From Eledone cirrhosa (Eukaryota), in the NCBI GenBank assembly GCA_964016885.1, contig OZ024754.1:36084001-36148000 (forward strand): a stretch of DNA of 64,000 bases. The letters are read 5' to 3'. The notes under the pieces were generated by a model that was not told where the DNA came from, did not search any database, and worked only from the letters and a program-made list of their open reading frames with translations. The position numbers and the translations under genes are program-made. Shown one piece after another: positions 1-11,230 of this stretch. Position 1 is the stretch's first letter. Each line of letters opens with the position of its first letter.

Positions 1-85
1 TTCGCCCTTTGCCGGCACTTCTATTTCATCCCAAGCTTGGTGGGGTTGCCAGTTTAGTCGCCGACGATCCGACCATGAGACAGGT

Positions 86-132
<47 letters not shown>

Positions 133-136
<4 letters not shown>

Positions 137-600
137 TATTTTCCGTTGTGTTGTAATATAAATATTACACACAGTAGATTATCAGCTCACGTAGAGTTTG
201 CTCGACGGTTCCAGTTGTAGTTCCAAAAGTAATCCGGAGAAAAATAGAAAGATTTGAATGGATTTAGAAAAATAACCAATAATATATTCTATAAAAAATG
301 TCAAAACAACAGATGGGAATCTAATTACTCACTGCCACCAAGAATTCTCACTGCTATCGAAAAACCACTCCTTCAACTATTCTTCTAACAACTTCACCCC
401 TCCCTCCTAATATTCTCTATAAAAACTAAATAGGTCCTCAGTAATATTATTCTGATGAAATGACAGTAAATAATAACATTGAAATATTGAATGTCTGCAT
501 AACTAAAAGTTTGTAGATAGCAGCTGTTTTAGGTTACGTAACTGTTATAGAAACACGTGTCAATAAATTCCTTTCAACTAAACTGTATCCATTCAAATCT

Positions 601-604
<4 letters not shown>
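133..604 (+). mobile_element. (TA)n-inserted non-autonomous Penelope-like element (family E) carrying a hammerhead motif
   Basis: Bounded by (TA)n on both sides; internal inverted copy of the 3' terminus (TAGAAAGATTTGAATGGAT ~246 vs ATCCATTCAAATCTTTCTA ~587); hammerhead at 447-566; internally deleted copy at 30619-30708. Confidence 0.65.
447..566 (+). ncRNA. Type I hammerhead ribozyme with long stem II
   Basis: Stem I TTATT(447-451)/AATAA(562-566); core CTGATGA 452-458; stem II base ATGACAGT/ACTGTTAT; GAAA 550-553; palindromic stem III ACACGTGT; GUC cleavage triplet ending at 561. Confidence 0.7.
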
Positions 605-686
<82 letters not shown>

Positions 687-688
<2 letters not shown>

Positions 689-877
689 CGGAGGAAATGA
701 GGTAAGGAACCAGGTGGACCATAACGCACCAAAGTACTCAATACTTAGAGTAGTAGAGTGGGTAATAGGAACGAGTAGGACCCCGACGGGTGAGCTCAAG
801 CCGTTTCGACGGCTAATTCTGGACTCAGAATTAGCCATCGAAACGGCTTGAGATCAGCCGTCGGGGTCCTACTCGTT

Positions 878-880
<3 letters not shown>
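687..880 (-). mobile_element. (TA)n-inserted fold-back element, family A
   Basis: Flanked by (TA)n; ~55-bp inverted arms (~766-821/826-881); near-identical copies at 6985, 18817, 54655; contains the 3' half of a hammerhead (GAAACGGCT-loop-AGCCGTC-GGGG). Confidence 0.7.
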
Positions 881-925
<45 letters not shown>

Positions 926-949
926 CACACACCCACCCACACACACACA

Positions 950-1018
<69 letters not shown>

Positions 1019-1761
1019 GTTAAAAATGTACATCCACATATGTATACTGAAATACTAGTATGCATATGAATACACACACGTATACATATGTAGATGTACC
1101 GAGTTTTTCACTGGTCACTTTACTGTGAGTGTCCAGCTATTCTGTATGTAAACACACAGACAAACCGGTTTTTAGAGTCATACTGGTTTTTGAGGAAACA
1201 CCTTTCCTCTATTCTCCATGCACGTACAAGCAGATGTATAAGATACAATCACACACACATTAATAAAATAACATAAGATCCTATCCCTATCCCAAACCAA
1301 ACCAAACCAAACCAAATCTGAAAAATTGTCTTACCAAACCGAATTGAACTGAACCTAACCACCATCATTATAAATAAAGAAACTTAGCCGAAGCTGAAGA
1401 ATGCCCCAAACGTTGCACCGACATCTATCTCATTTAATACGATATTTTAGTCCAGTCGCCATATTAATAACATTACACCAACCATTGATTATATTCCACC
1501 ACAGGCTAAAGCAGAATTGTCTAAAAAGCAGACGACAGCTCCGTGTTTAGAGATTATAGCAATTACCAATTTTACTAATGTCGTCTGCTTGATGTAGGCC
1601 GCCTGGCATTCTCATAAATAAATAACGCAGGACCAAGAATGATATTGTTTAGTGTCCAACCATAACCAAATGAAATTCCATCCCACAATTCATTGCAGTT
1701 TTTGTCATTTATTTTTTTCTTTCTTTTCAATTTTCGGTTGTCTTTTCTTGTTTTTTTTTTC

Positions 1762-2693
1762 TGTTGTAGTTGTTGTCGTTGTTGTTGTTGTTGCCATAGT
1801 AGTAGTTGTTGTAGTTGTTGTTATAGTAGTTGTTGTTGTTGTAGTTGTTGTTGTAGTTGTTGTTATCGTAGTTGTTGTTGTTGTTGTAGTTGTTGTTGTT
1901 GTAGTTGTTGTTGTTGTTGTTGTTGTAGTTGTTGTCGTAGTTGTTGTTATCGTAGTTGTAGTTGTTGTAGTTGTTGTTGTTGTAGTTGTTGTCGTAGTTG
2001 TTGTTATCGTAGTTGTTGTTGTTGTTGTAGTTGTTGTAGTTGTAGTTGTTGTTGTAGTTGTTGTTGTTGTAGTTGTTGTTGTTGTTGTAGTTGTTGTTGT
2101 AGTTGTTGTTGCTGTAGTTGTTGTTGCTATCTTTTGGTTTAATATTTCGTTATTGTTGGAGTCGCTGCTGTTGTTGTGGTAGTGGTGCTGTTGTTGTTGT
2201 TGTGGTTGTGGTGCTGTTGTTGTGGCGGTGGTGCTGTAGTGGTGCTGTTGTTGTTGTGGTGGTGGTGCTGTTGTGGTGGTGGTGCTGTTGTTGTGGCGGT
2301 GGTGCTGTAGTGGTGCTGTTGTTGTTGTTGTTGTGGTGGCGGTGCTGTTGTTGTTGTTGTGGTGGTGGTGCTGTTGGCGTAGTGGTGGTGTTGTTGTTGA
2401 TGTAGTTGTGGTGCTGTTGTTGTGGTGGTGTCTTTGTTGTGATGGTGTTGTTGTTGTGGTGGTGGTGCTGTGGTGGTGTTGTGGCGGTGGTGCTGTTGTT
2501 GCTTTGGTTGTAGTGGTATTATTGTGGTGGTGGTGTTGTTGTTGTGGAGGTGTTGTTGTTGTGGAGGTGTTGTTGTTGTGGAGGTGTTGTTGTTGTGGTG
2601 ATGGTGGTGGTGTTGATGTAGTGGAACTGGTGATGATATTGGTGTGATGTTGGTATCAGTTCTTCCCGCTGTTTGTAATTACTGCCATTTTTA

Positions 2694-2738
<45 letters not shown>
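1762..2738. repeat. (GTT/GTA/GGT)n compound microsatellite
   Basis: Trinucleotide low-complexity tract read directly. Confidence 0.95.
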
Positions 2739-2742
2739 AGCA

Positions 2743-2886
2743 GTGGATTGGTAGTATCGGTAGAGAGTCGGACACCATGCTTGGCAGTATAGAGTTATGG
2801 CCCTTTACAGTCTGAGTTCAAATCCCACCGAGGTCAACTTTGCCTTTCATCCATTCGAGATTGATAAAAAAAGGACCAGTCTACTG
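2743..2886 (+). mobile_element. tRNA-derived SINE (Deu/Nin-like core), 3'-truncated
   Basis: B-box GAGTTCAAATCC followed by GAGGTCAACTTTGCCTTTCATCC...GATAAAA, as in about 20 other copies. Confidence 0.85.
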
Positions 2887-2894
2887 GTGTTGCT

Positions 2895-2895
2895 G

Positions 2896-2990
<95 letters not shown>

Positions 2991-3017
2991 AAGCTGCTGC
3001 TGCTGCTGCTGCTGCTG

Positions 3018-3094
<77 letters not shown>

Positions 3095-3111
3095 ATACTA
3101 CTACAACTACG

Positions 3112-3176
<65 letters not shown>

Positions 3177-3182
3177 TAATAT

Positions 3183-3214
<32 letters not shown>

Positions 3215-3482
3215 TATCCACCATCATCATCATCACCACGATCACCATCACCACGACCACCGTCACCACCAACAGCATCATCATCACCACCATCATCATC
3301 ACCTTCATCACCATCACCACCATTTTTATCATCATCATCATCATCCTCTTCACCACCACCACCACCACCACCACCACCACCACCACCACCACCACCACTA
3401 TCACCACCACCACCACCACCACCACCACTATCACCACCACCACCATCATCATCATCACCTCCACCACCTCCACCATCATCAA
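2895..3482. repeat. (ACT/ACC/ATC)n compound microsatellite
   Basis: Read directly. Confidence 0.95.
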
Positions 3483-3726
3483 CTTCCTCATTATCTCCAT
3501 CAAGCAGAGCTAATATAATTATTACTATTATTGTAGCGTGTGCCTTACTCCGAACAATTCGTACCCTGTGAACCGTGTCTCAGTAACTGAGTTTCAACTC
3601 CCAGTCACATCCACTCCATGTGGGGCAGTAATAACCCCCAGGGACACACCACCATGTCAACAGCACTTCTTCCCTTTTCTATCATACATACATAAATCAC
3701 GGCGGTTCATCCTTTAATAAATGCTA

Positions 3727-4565
3727 TCGATTCCTAGATCGGGCGATGCGTAATGTCCTTGAACGAAACTTTTTATTTTATATAGCTCTTTCTGCCTGTG
3801 AAGGCGTGTGGCTGAGTGGTTAGAGAATTGGATTCACAATCGTGAGATTGTGAGTTCGATTCCTAGATCGGGCGATGCGTTATGTCCTTGAACGAAACTT
3901 TTTATTTTATATAGCTCTTTCTGCCTGTGAAGGCGTGTGGCTGAGTGGTTAGAGAATTGGATTCACAATCGTGAGATTGTGAGTTCGATTCCTAGATCGG
4001 GCGATGCGTTATGTCCTTGAACGAAACTTTTTATTTTATATAGCTCTTTCTGCCTGTGAAGGCGTGTGGCTGAGTGGTGAGAGAATTGGATTCACAATCG
4101 TGAGATTGTGAGTTCGATTCCTAGATCGGGCGATGCGTTATGTCCTTGAACGAAACATTTTATTTTATATAGCTCTTTCTGCCAGTGAAGGCGTGTGGCT
4201 GAGTGGTTTGGGAATTGGATTCACAATCGTGAGGTCACGAGTTCGCTTCCCAGATAGAGTGATGTGTTATGCCCTCGAGCAAGACTCTTTATTTTACATA
4301 ACTCTTTCTGCCAGTGAAGGCGTGTGGCTGAGTGGTTTGAGAATTGGATTCACAATCGTGAGGTCACGAGTTCGCTTCCCAGATAGAGTGATGTGTTATG
4401 CTCTTGAGCAAGACTCTTTATTTTATATAGCTCTTTCTGCCTGTGAAGGCGTGTGGCTGAGTGGTAAGAGAATTGGATTCACAATCGTGAGGTTACGAGT
4501 TCGCTTCCTGGACCGAACGATGCGTTATGTCCTTGAGCAAGACATTTTATTTCACGTTGCTCCTT
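3727..4565 (+). repeat. Tandem array of 129-bp tRNA-like SINE heads (~6.5 copies)
   Basis: Unit starts at 3794, 3923, 4052, 4181, 4310, 4439; each has an A-box TGGCTGAGTGG, a B-box-like GAGTTCGATTCC/GAGTTCGCTTCC and a T-rich tract. Confidence 0.9.
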
Positions 4566-4829
4566 CTACCTGGAGTTGCGACCGATAGATAGTACTAGCA
4601 ATTGGAAAGACCAACGGAAACATTGTTTCCTCGGTCCCATTTGACGAAAGTCGATCGATCCCTTTCTGTCAGGAGTTGCGACCGGTTAATAGTATCAAGA
4701 ATGGAAAGACTAATGGAAACGTTGTTTCCTTTATCCGATTGACGTGTTCCACCCAACTCGGTAAGCGGGTGAGTCCCTGGATATTGTCGATCGTTAATAA
4801 AAACCCAAAACATTGTCCTGCAAACACTT

Positions 4830-5340
4830 CGCTTAGTAGTTACAGTATCGGGCTCAATATCATTAGGTTGTGAGTTCAATTCCCAGACAGGGCGGTTTGT
4901 TTTGTCCTTCATTTCACATAACTCCATCGCTGGTCCCTTTATTTCACACTATTTCAATACACACAGCTGGCCTCTATTTCACATAACACCAATCCATGCA
5001 GCTGGCCCCTATATTTCACATAACTCCAATATACACAGTGGTCCCTCTATTTCACATTACTCCAATCCACATCGCAGGTCCCTATATTTCCCATAACTCC
5101 AATCCACATAGCTGGTCCCTTTATTTCACATAATCCCAATCCTCTCAGCTGATAAAACTAAGTTTTACTTCTAATCCAATGACCCAGCTTTGTCACACAC
5201 AGAGTCACACTGAATCTCCCTGAGAACTACGTTACGGGTACACGTGTCTGTGGAATGCTCAGCCAAGTGTATGTTAATTTCTCTAGCAGGCTTTCTCCGT
5301 TGTTCTAACGACTGGAACACTCATCGTAGTGCCCGACGGA
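4830..5340 (+). mobile_element. tRNA-derived SINE with internal ~36-bp tandem expansion (~4908-5150)
   Basis: B-box GAGTTCAATTCC; about 7 copies of ATTTCACATAACTCCAATCCACATAGCTGGTCCC; the 3' part (CTCCCTGAGAACTACGTTA...GTCTGTGGAATGCTCAGCC) recurs inverted at ~51995-52075. Confidence 0.7.
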
Positions 5341-5893
5341 AATCCATCAATTGTTTTACGCAGACAGACCAGCGGCCATTTTGGTTTGTTTGGTTAGAGA
5401 AAGATAATGAGTGTTTCATTAGTTAATGAATCGAGGAGGAAGTTACCGTTCATTTAGTAATAAAATCTAGTGGTGGTGGTGGTGGTGGTGGTGGTGGTGG
5501 TGGTGGTAGTGGTGGTGGTGGTGGTGTTGTTGGTAGTGGTGGTTGTGGTGGTGGTAGTGATTGATGGTGGTGTTGGTGGTGGTATTTGGTGGTGGTAGTG
5601 GTGGTGGTGGTGGTGGTGGTGGTGGTGGTGGTGGTGGTGGTGGTGTTGGTGGTGGTGGTGGTGGTGTTGGTGGTGGTGGTGTTGGTGGTGGTGGTAGTAG
5701 TGGAGGTAGTAATGGTGGTTGTGGTGATGGGAATGGTGGTGGTAGTAAAGATGGGGGTTGTGTAGTTGGGGATGGTGCTGGTAATGGTTGTGATGGTGGT
5801 GATGGTTGTGGTAAAGATGGTGGTGGTGCTGGTGCTGGTGGTTGTGGCGGAGAGTCCTTTTCTAAGGTGAGAAACTTCTCGGAGATGTTACTG

Positions 5894-6072
5894 TTATTTC
5901 TCGCAAGTTGCGCATCCACATAAAGGCTCCTTCGTTAACTCACTGTGGTACCAATAACTGTTGTTGTTGTTGTTGTTGTTGCTGTTGCTGTTGTTGTTGT
6001 TGTTGTTGTTGTTGTCTAGTCCCAGGTCAGTTGGAATGTCTTTGATCACAAGTCTGTTCGATCGGCAATCAT
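5894..6072 (-). CDS. Candidate terminal coding exon of an unknown gene (…DDCRSNRLVIKDIPTDLGLD-polyN-SYWYHSELTKEPLCGCATCEK*)
   Basis: T-rich acceptor ...tttttgttgtggtctcag|AT at 6073/6072; complex peptide in an otherwise repetitive area; stop at 5894-5896; phase 1 matches the upstream candidate exon. Confidence 0.45.
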
Positions 6073-6758
6073 CTGAGACCACAACAAAAACAACTACAAG
6101 CACAACAACCATCAGCACCACACTACTACAACAACAACCACTACCACCACCACCAACAACAACAATTACCACCGCTACCACTACACCATCATCACTACAC
6201 CAAGACTACCACCAGCACCACGACACCACCACCACCACCACCGCCACAACACCACTACCACCACCACCACCACCACCACAACAACAACAACCGCCACTAC
6301 CAATACAACAACACCACCGCCAAAACCACTACCAACACCACCATCACCACCACCGCCGCCAAAACCACTACCAACACCACCACCACGACCACCACCACCA
6401 CCGCCACTACCACCAACACCACCTCCACCACGAACACCACCAGCACCAGAACCACCACCACCACCACCACCACCACCACTACTACCACCACCACAACAAC
6501 AACACACCCTAACAACAACAACAACAGACTACAGTCATACAAACAACTACAACCTAACAACACACGACATTCTTCTAAATATTTGAAAAATTTCTAACAT
6601 TTTTTGGAGGCAGAAAATAAAAAAAACTATCGCGAAATGGAAGAATTCTGATTAACACATCTCAATCACCATTGTTACATATCTTTGATATCTCAACTGA
6701 ATAAATATTTAAAGATCCTGCATACTATGTTGAATATATAATTAGACATAGCACTAAC

Positions 6759-6784
6759 CTTTGATCTCTTGCTGTTGTTGTTGC

Positions 6785-6818
<34 letters not shown>

Positions 6819-6899
6819 CTCTTTGTTGTTGATGGTGATAGTGATGGTGATGGTGATGGTGATGGTGATGGTGATGATATGATATTGTTGGTAGGGGTG
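6759..6899 (-). CDS. Candidate internal exon (xPLPTISY-polyH-polyQ-EIK)
   Basis: Branch-like CTAAC plus CCCAG acceptor; AG|GTTAGT donor; 141 nt, phase 1-1; joins in frame to 6072-5894 across a 686-bp GT-AG intron. Confidence 0.4.
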
Positions 6900-6950
6900 C
6901 TGGGTAGCGGTGGGGTTAGAGGCTTGTTTAAGGAATCACTATGGTATGTC

Positions 6951-6984
<34 letters not shown>

Positions 6985-6986
<2 letters not shown>

Positions 6987-7213
6987 CGAAGGAAATGTGG
7001 TAAGGAACCAAGTGGACCATAACGCACCAAAGTACTCAATACTTAGGGTAGTAGAGTGGGTAATAGGAACGAGTAGGACCCCGACGGCTGAGCTCAAGCC
7101 GTTTCGACGGCTAATTCTGGACTAAATGAAAATTGTTATCCTGGTAAGTCATTTAGTCCAGAATTAGCCGTCGAAATGGCTTGAGCTCAGCCGTCGGGGT
7201 CCTACTCGTTCCT
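6985..7213 (-). mobile_element. (TA)n-inserted fold-back element, family A
   Basis: Near-identical to 687-880 but with a longer hairpin turn (GACTAAATGA...TCATTTAGTC). Confidence 0.75.
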
Positions 7214-7240
7214 ATATATATATATATATATATATATATA

Positions 7241-7616
7241 CTTGTGTATAATGGTAGCTATGGTGCTTCCATAGGCGGTATGCCCAAATTAGCACTCAAT
7301 ATTCATACAGAGCAGAGTGTGGATAGTATAAAAAAACGAAAAATCAATGATGCGATGCATCTGAACCCAGTTTATTGCGTGCTACAATTGTTTCGCCGGC
7401 AGGTAGCTCGAGACATGATCACTGCATGGATCTGGCTGATCCGGCTGCAGGTTCCTTCGGACACGGTGAGAAAATCTGCTCCGAAGGAACCTGCAGCCGT
7501 AGAATCCGCCAGATCTATGCAGTGATCATGTCTCGAGCTACCTGCCGGCGAAACACTTGTAACACGCAATAAACTGGGTTCAGATGCATCACTGATCTTT
7601 CGTTTTTTTATACTAT
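7241..7616 (-). mobile_element. (TA)n-inserted fold-back element, family B, with decayed hammerhead
   Basis: ~135-bp near-perfect inverted arms 7323-7616; minus strand reads CGTGT-CCGAAGG-A-ACCTGCAG...CTGCCGGC-GAAACAATTGTA-GCACG followed by AATAAA. Confidence 0.65.
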
Positions 7617-7742
7617 ATATATATATATCCAGGGAGTGTAACGTGAAGTTACTGTAGGTTCAACTCAGTGAAATATGTATAACGGAGTTTTAAATAAACC
7701 TGAACTAACTAAATATAGCCGCCGATCTTTTATTAATATATA

Positions 7743-7958
7743 ATTGTTTCTACGTTAGGCACAAGGCCAGCAATTACTCAGTGTATTACTGGTACTTTTA
7801 TTTTATCGACCCCGTAAGGATGAAAGGCAAAGTTAACCTCGGCGGGATTTGAACTCAGAATGGCAAGGGCCGTAACTCTATGCGTCAAAGCATGGCGTCC
7901 GACGCATAGAGTTACGGCCCTTGCCATTCTGAGTTCAAATCCCGCCGAGGTTAACTTT
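7743..7958 (-). mobile_element. SINE with fold-back 5' inversion and ~17-bp TSD
   Basis: Minus-strand SINE followed by a perfect inverted copy of its ~58-bp head segment; TTTTATTAATATATAAT on both sides. Confidence 0.85.
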
Positions 7959-8071
7959 TATTAATATATAATGCTCCGTCTTGAACCATTTATACAGGTT
8001 TTTGAGCGCTTCTTTTTATCTGCTTCACAACCGGCATACAATAATGTGATCAGCATATCTCTGTCTGGCCC

Positions 8072-8161
<90 letters not shown>

Positions 8162-8181
8162 GTGGTGTGTGCGTATGTATG

Positions 8182-8226
<45 letters not shown>

Positions 8227-8595
8227 GTGTATATATATATGTATGGAGATATATATATGTATGTATATATATATATGTATGTATATATATATATATATAT
8301 ATGTATGTATATATATATATGTGTGTGTGTGTGTGTGCACGTATGTATGTATATATGTATATATATACATACATACATGAATGGAATAAGAACAACACCC
8401 AAACAAACAACACTGACCTAAGAGAAGTATAAATAAATAAATAAATAAATAAATAAATACATACATACACAAGCACAATAACAACAAACACATATAAACA
8501 CACACTAGTAAACTAAGATAGAATACAATAACCAATACACAGTCACCCTAACACGAACACACATCAAACAAAACACTATACACACACGCAAACGC

Positions 8596-9044
8596 ATGCG
8601 CAGAGAAGACAAAAAAAAAAGCAAATAAATAAATAAATAAACAGACTAAATAAAGATGGCGTAAGCATACAATACAACGGGAGGAAACATAATAGCACCA
8701 CTGACGATGTTGCAGATGTGCAACGAAAGAACTTTGTTAGACTATATATATGTGTTTGTGTCTATATTGTATCTGTATTTTTGACCGTTGGTCAGTCAAT
8801 GGCAACATTGAGGACCGAATAAATTAACTTAACCGATATAAAAGACACAGAAGCGAAAAGCGAAAACCAACCAAACAGTGAGTGTGTTCTGTTATTAATT
8901 CTGGCAATATCCCACCGAGGTTGACTTTGCCTTTCATCCTTACGGGGTCGATAGAATAAAGTACCAGTAATGCACTGGGTAATTTGCTGGCCTTGTGCCT
9001 AAAGTGGAAACAATTATTAAACAAATATGACTCTCCCCAAGTAT

Positions 9045-9047
<3 letters not shown>
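8596..9047 (+). mobile_element. Family D element (degenerate hammerhead) interrupted by a SINE fragment at 8911-9018
   Basis: Homologous to 55180-55530; CTGACGA-T-GTTGCA/TGCAAC-GAAA at ~8701; the SINE splits GGCAATAT|TACACAAATATG, which is contiguous in the other copy. Confidence 0.7.
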
Positions 9048-9140
<93 letters not shown>

Positions 9141-9141
9141 G

Positions 9142-9176
<35 letters not shown>

Positions 9177-9195
9177 ATATGTATCTATGTATATA

Positions 9196-9241
<46 letters not shown>

Positions 9242-9559
9242 ATATACACGTTTATGAGGTGTGTGTGTGTACGTAAAAACATTTTCTCTATGTAATTGGG
9301 ATAAATATATATATATAATTGTGGTATGTATGTGCGTTTGTATATATATATAACATGTATGTAATTGTGTGTATCTATATGTGTGTGTGTGTGTGTATGT
9401 ATATATATATATATGTGTGTGTGTATGCGTGTGTGTGTGTGTGTGTGTATGTGTTAGTGTGTACTCTCTGCTTCGTTAAACTCAAACCATCCGTCTCGTA
9501 TTTCTAAGGCTCTACCGTTCTGTTAAGTCGTTCCGTTCCGATAGCGGAGCAGCAGCGCA

Positions 9560-9698
9560 TATAAAAGTGTTGTTCGACCGGCAATGTCTTCATTTAGCTA
9601 CTTTCTGACCTGTGGTCAACCTGTAATCTCTTGTGTTTAGCGGCGGCTGATGTGGCGAGGAGGCATTGTTGGGTGTGTTTGTGAAGGGTGAGGTGAGT
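9560..9698 (+). promoter_or_regulatory. Possible TATA + Inr core promoter with short first exon and donor
   Basis: TATAAAAG at 9560, TCATTT at 9590 (A at +32 from the first T), AG|GTGAGT at 9692/9693, inside a unique GC-richer island. Motif evidence only. Confidence 0.25.
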
Positions 9699-9861
9699 AG
9701 TTAGAGAATAGCGAGCGAGGGGGGGGGGAGTTGGTGCAGAAAAGGGGTTGTTCTGGCGGTAATACAAACGAAGGAGAGACAGTTAACACAATCTCTTTGA
9801 TGTGAACAGTCTAATTATTTCGCCATAGATTTCACATTTTTCTTCCTCTTCTCTCTCTCTC

Positions 9862-9919
<58 letters not shown>

Positions 9920-9949
9920 TCTCTCTCTCCCCCTCTCTCTCTCTCTCTT

Positions 9950-9983
<34 letters not shown>

Positions 9984-9988
9984 TATAC

Positions 9989-10059
<71 letters not shown>

Positions 10060-10104
10060 TATATATATATACATTTATATATATATACATATATATATAT
10101 ATAC

Positions 10105-10161
<57 letters not shown>

Positions 10162-10301
10162 GTATACATACGGTATATAAGGATGCAATTCAGTCCCAGC
10201 ACTCAACGTCATATTACTGCGTAAAACAAGCATGACGGAGTATATTAATAAAGAGGAAAATGTGAGGTTTAAGATGTTAGGGTCCTTTATTTATTGAGCC
10301 G

Positions 10302-10380
<79 letters not shown>

Positions 10381-10395
10381 TATATGTATATGTTT

Positions 10396-10549
<154 letters not shown>

Positions 10550-10606
10550 TATATACATATACATAAAAATATACATATATATATATACATATACATAAAA
10601 ATATAC

Positions 10607-10656
<50 letters not shown>

Positions 10657-10784
10657 ATATATATATTCATATATATATATATACATATATATATACATAT
10701 ACATAAAAATATACATATATATATATATATACATATACATAAAAATATACATATATATACATATACATATATATATATATATTC

Positions 10785-10818
<34 letters not shown>

Positions 10819-10824
10819 ATATTC

Positions 10825-10860
<36 letters not shown>

Positions 10861-11230
10861 TCATATATATATATATATATATATACATATATATTTATCT
10901 TCACTCTGTCTATCACACTAATTTATTATTCCTATATTCTTTTGCTGGTTTCATTTCATGTTACGGGAAAATTCTATTTGGCCAAAACATTTATTTATAT
11001 ATAATTGACATATATTGATACATATTGATACATATTGATATATGTTGATATCAACATATATACTTAGCTGAAATAATTGTCTAGTTTAAGTCAAATAGTA
11101 TTTTCCCGTAAATTAGCGGCTTGGCAAAAAAGGGGTCGATAAAATAAGTGTCAGGCATGAGAAAATCTGTATTGGCGTTGATATGATAGACTAATTCCAG
11201 CATGCATGAAACTGATAAAAGAATAGATAT

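Noticed and set aside
1390-1590. CTGAAGA...AAACGTT motif and a 12-bp inverted repeat (1526-1537/1579-1590)
   Set aside because: No stem II or GAAA; the short inverted repeat alone could be chance.
3800-3865. Genuine tRNA genes in the 129-bp array or other SINE heads
   Set aside because: A/B boxes are present but no convincing acceptor stem, and each continues into SINE body sequence.
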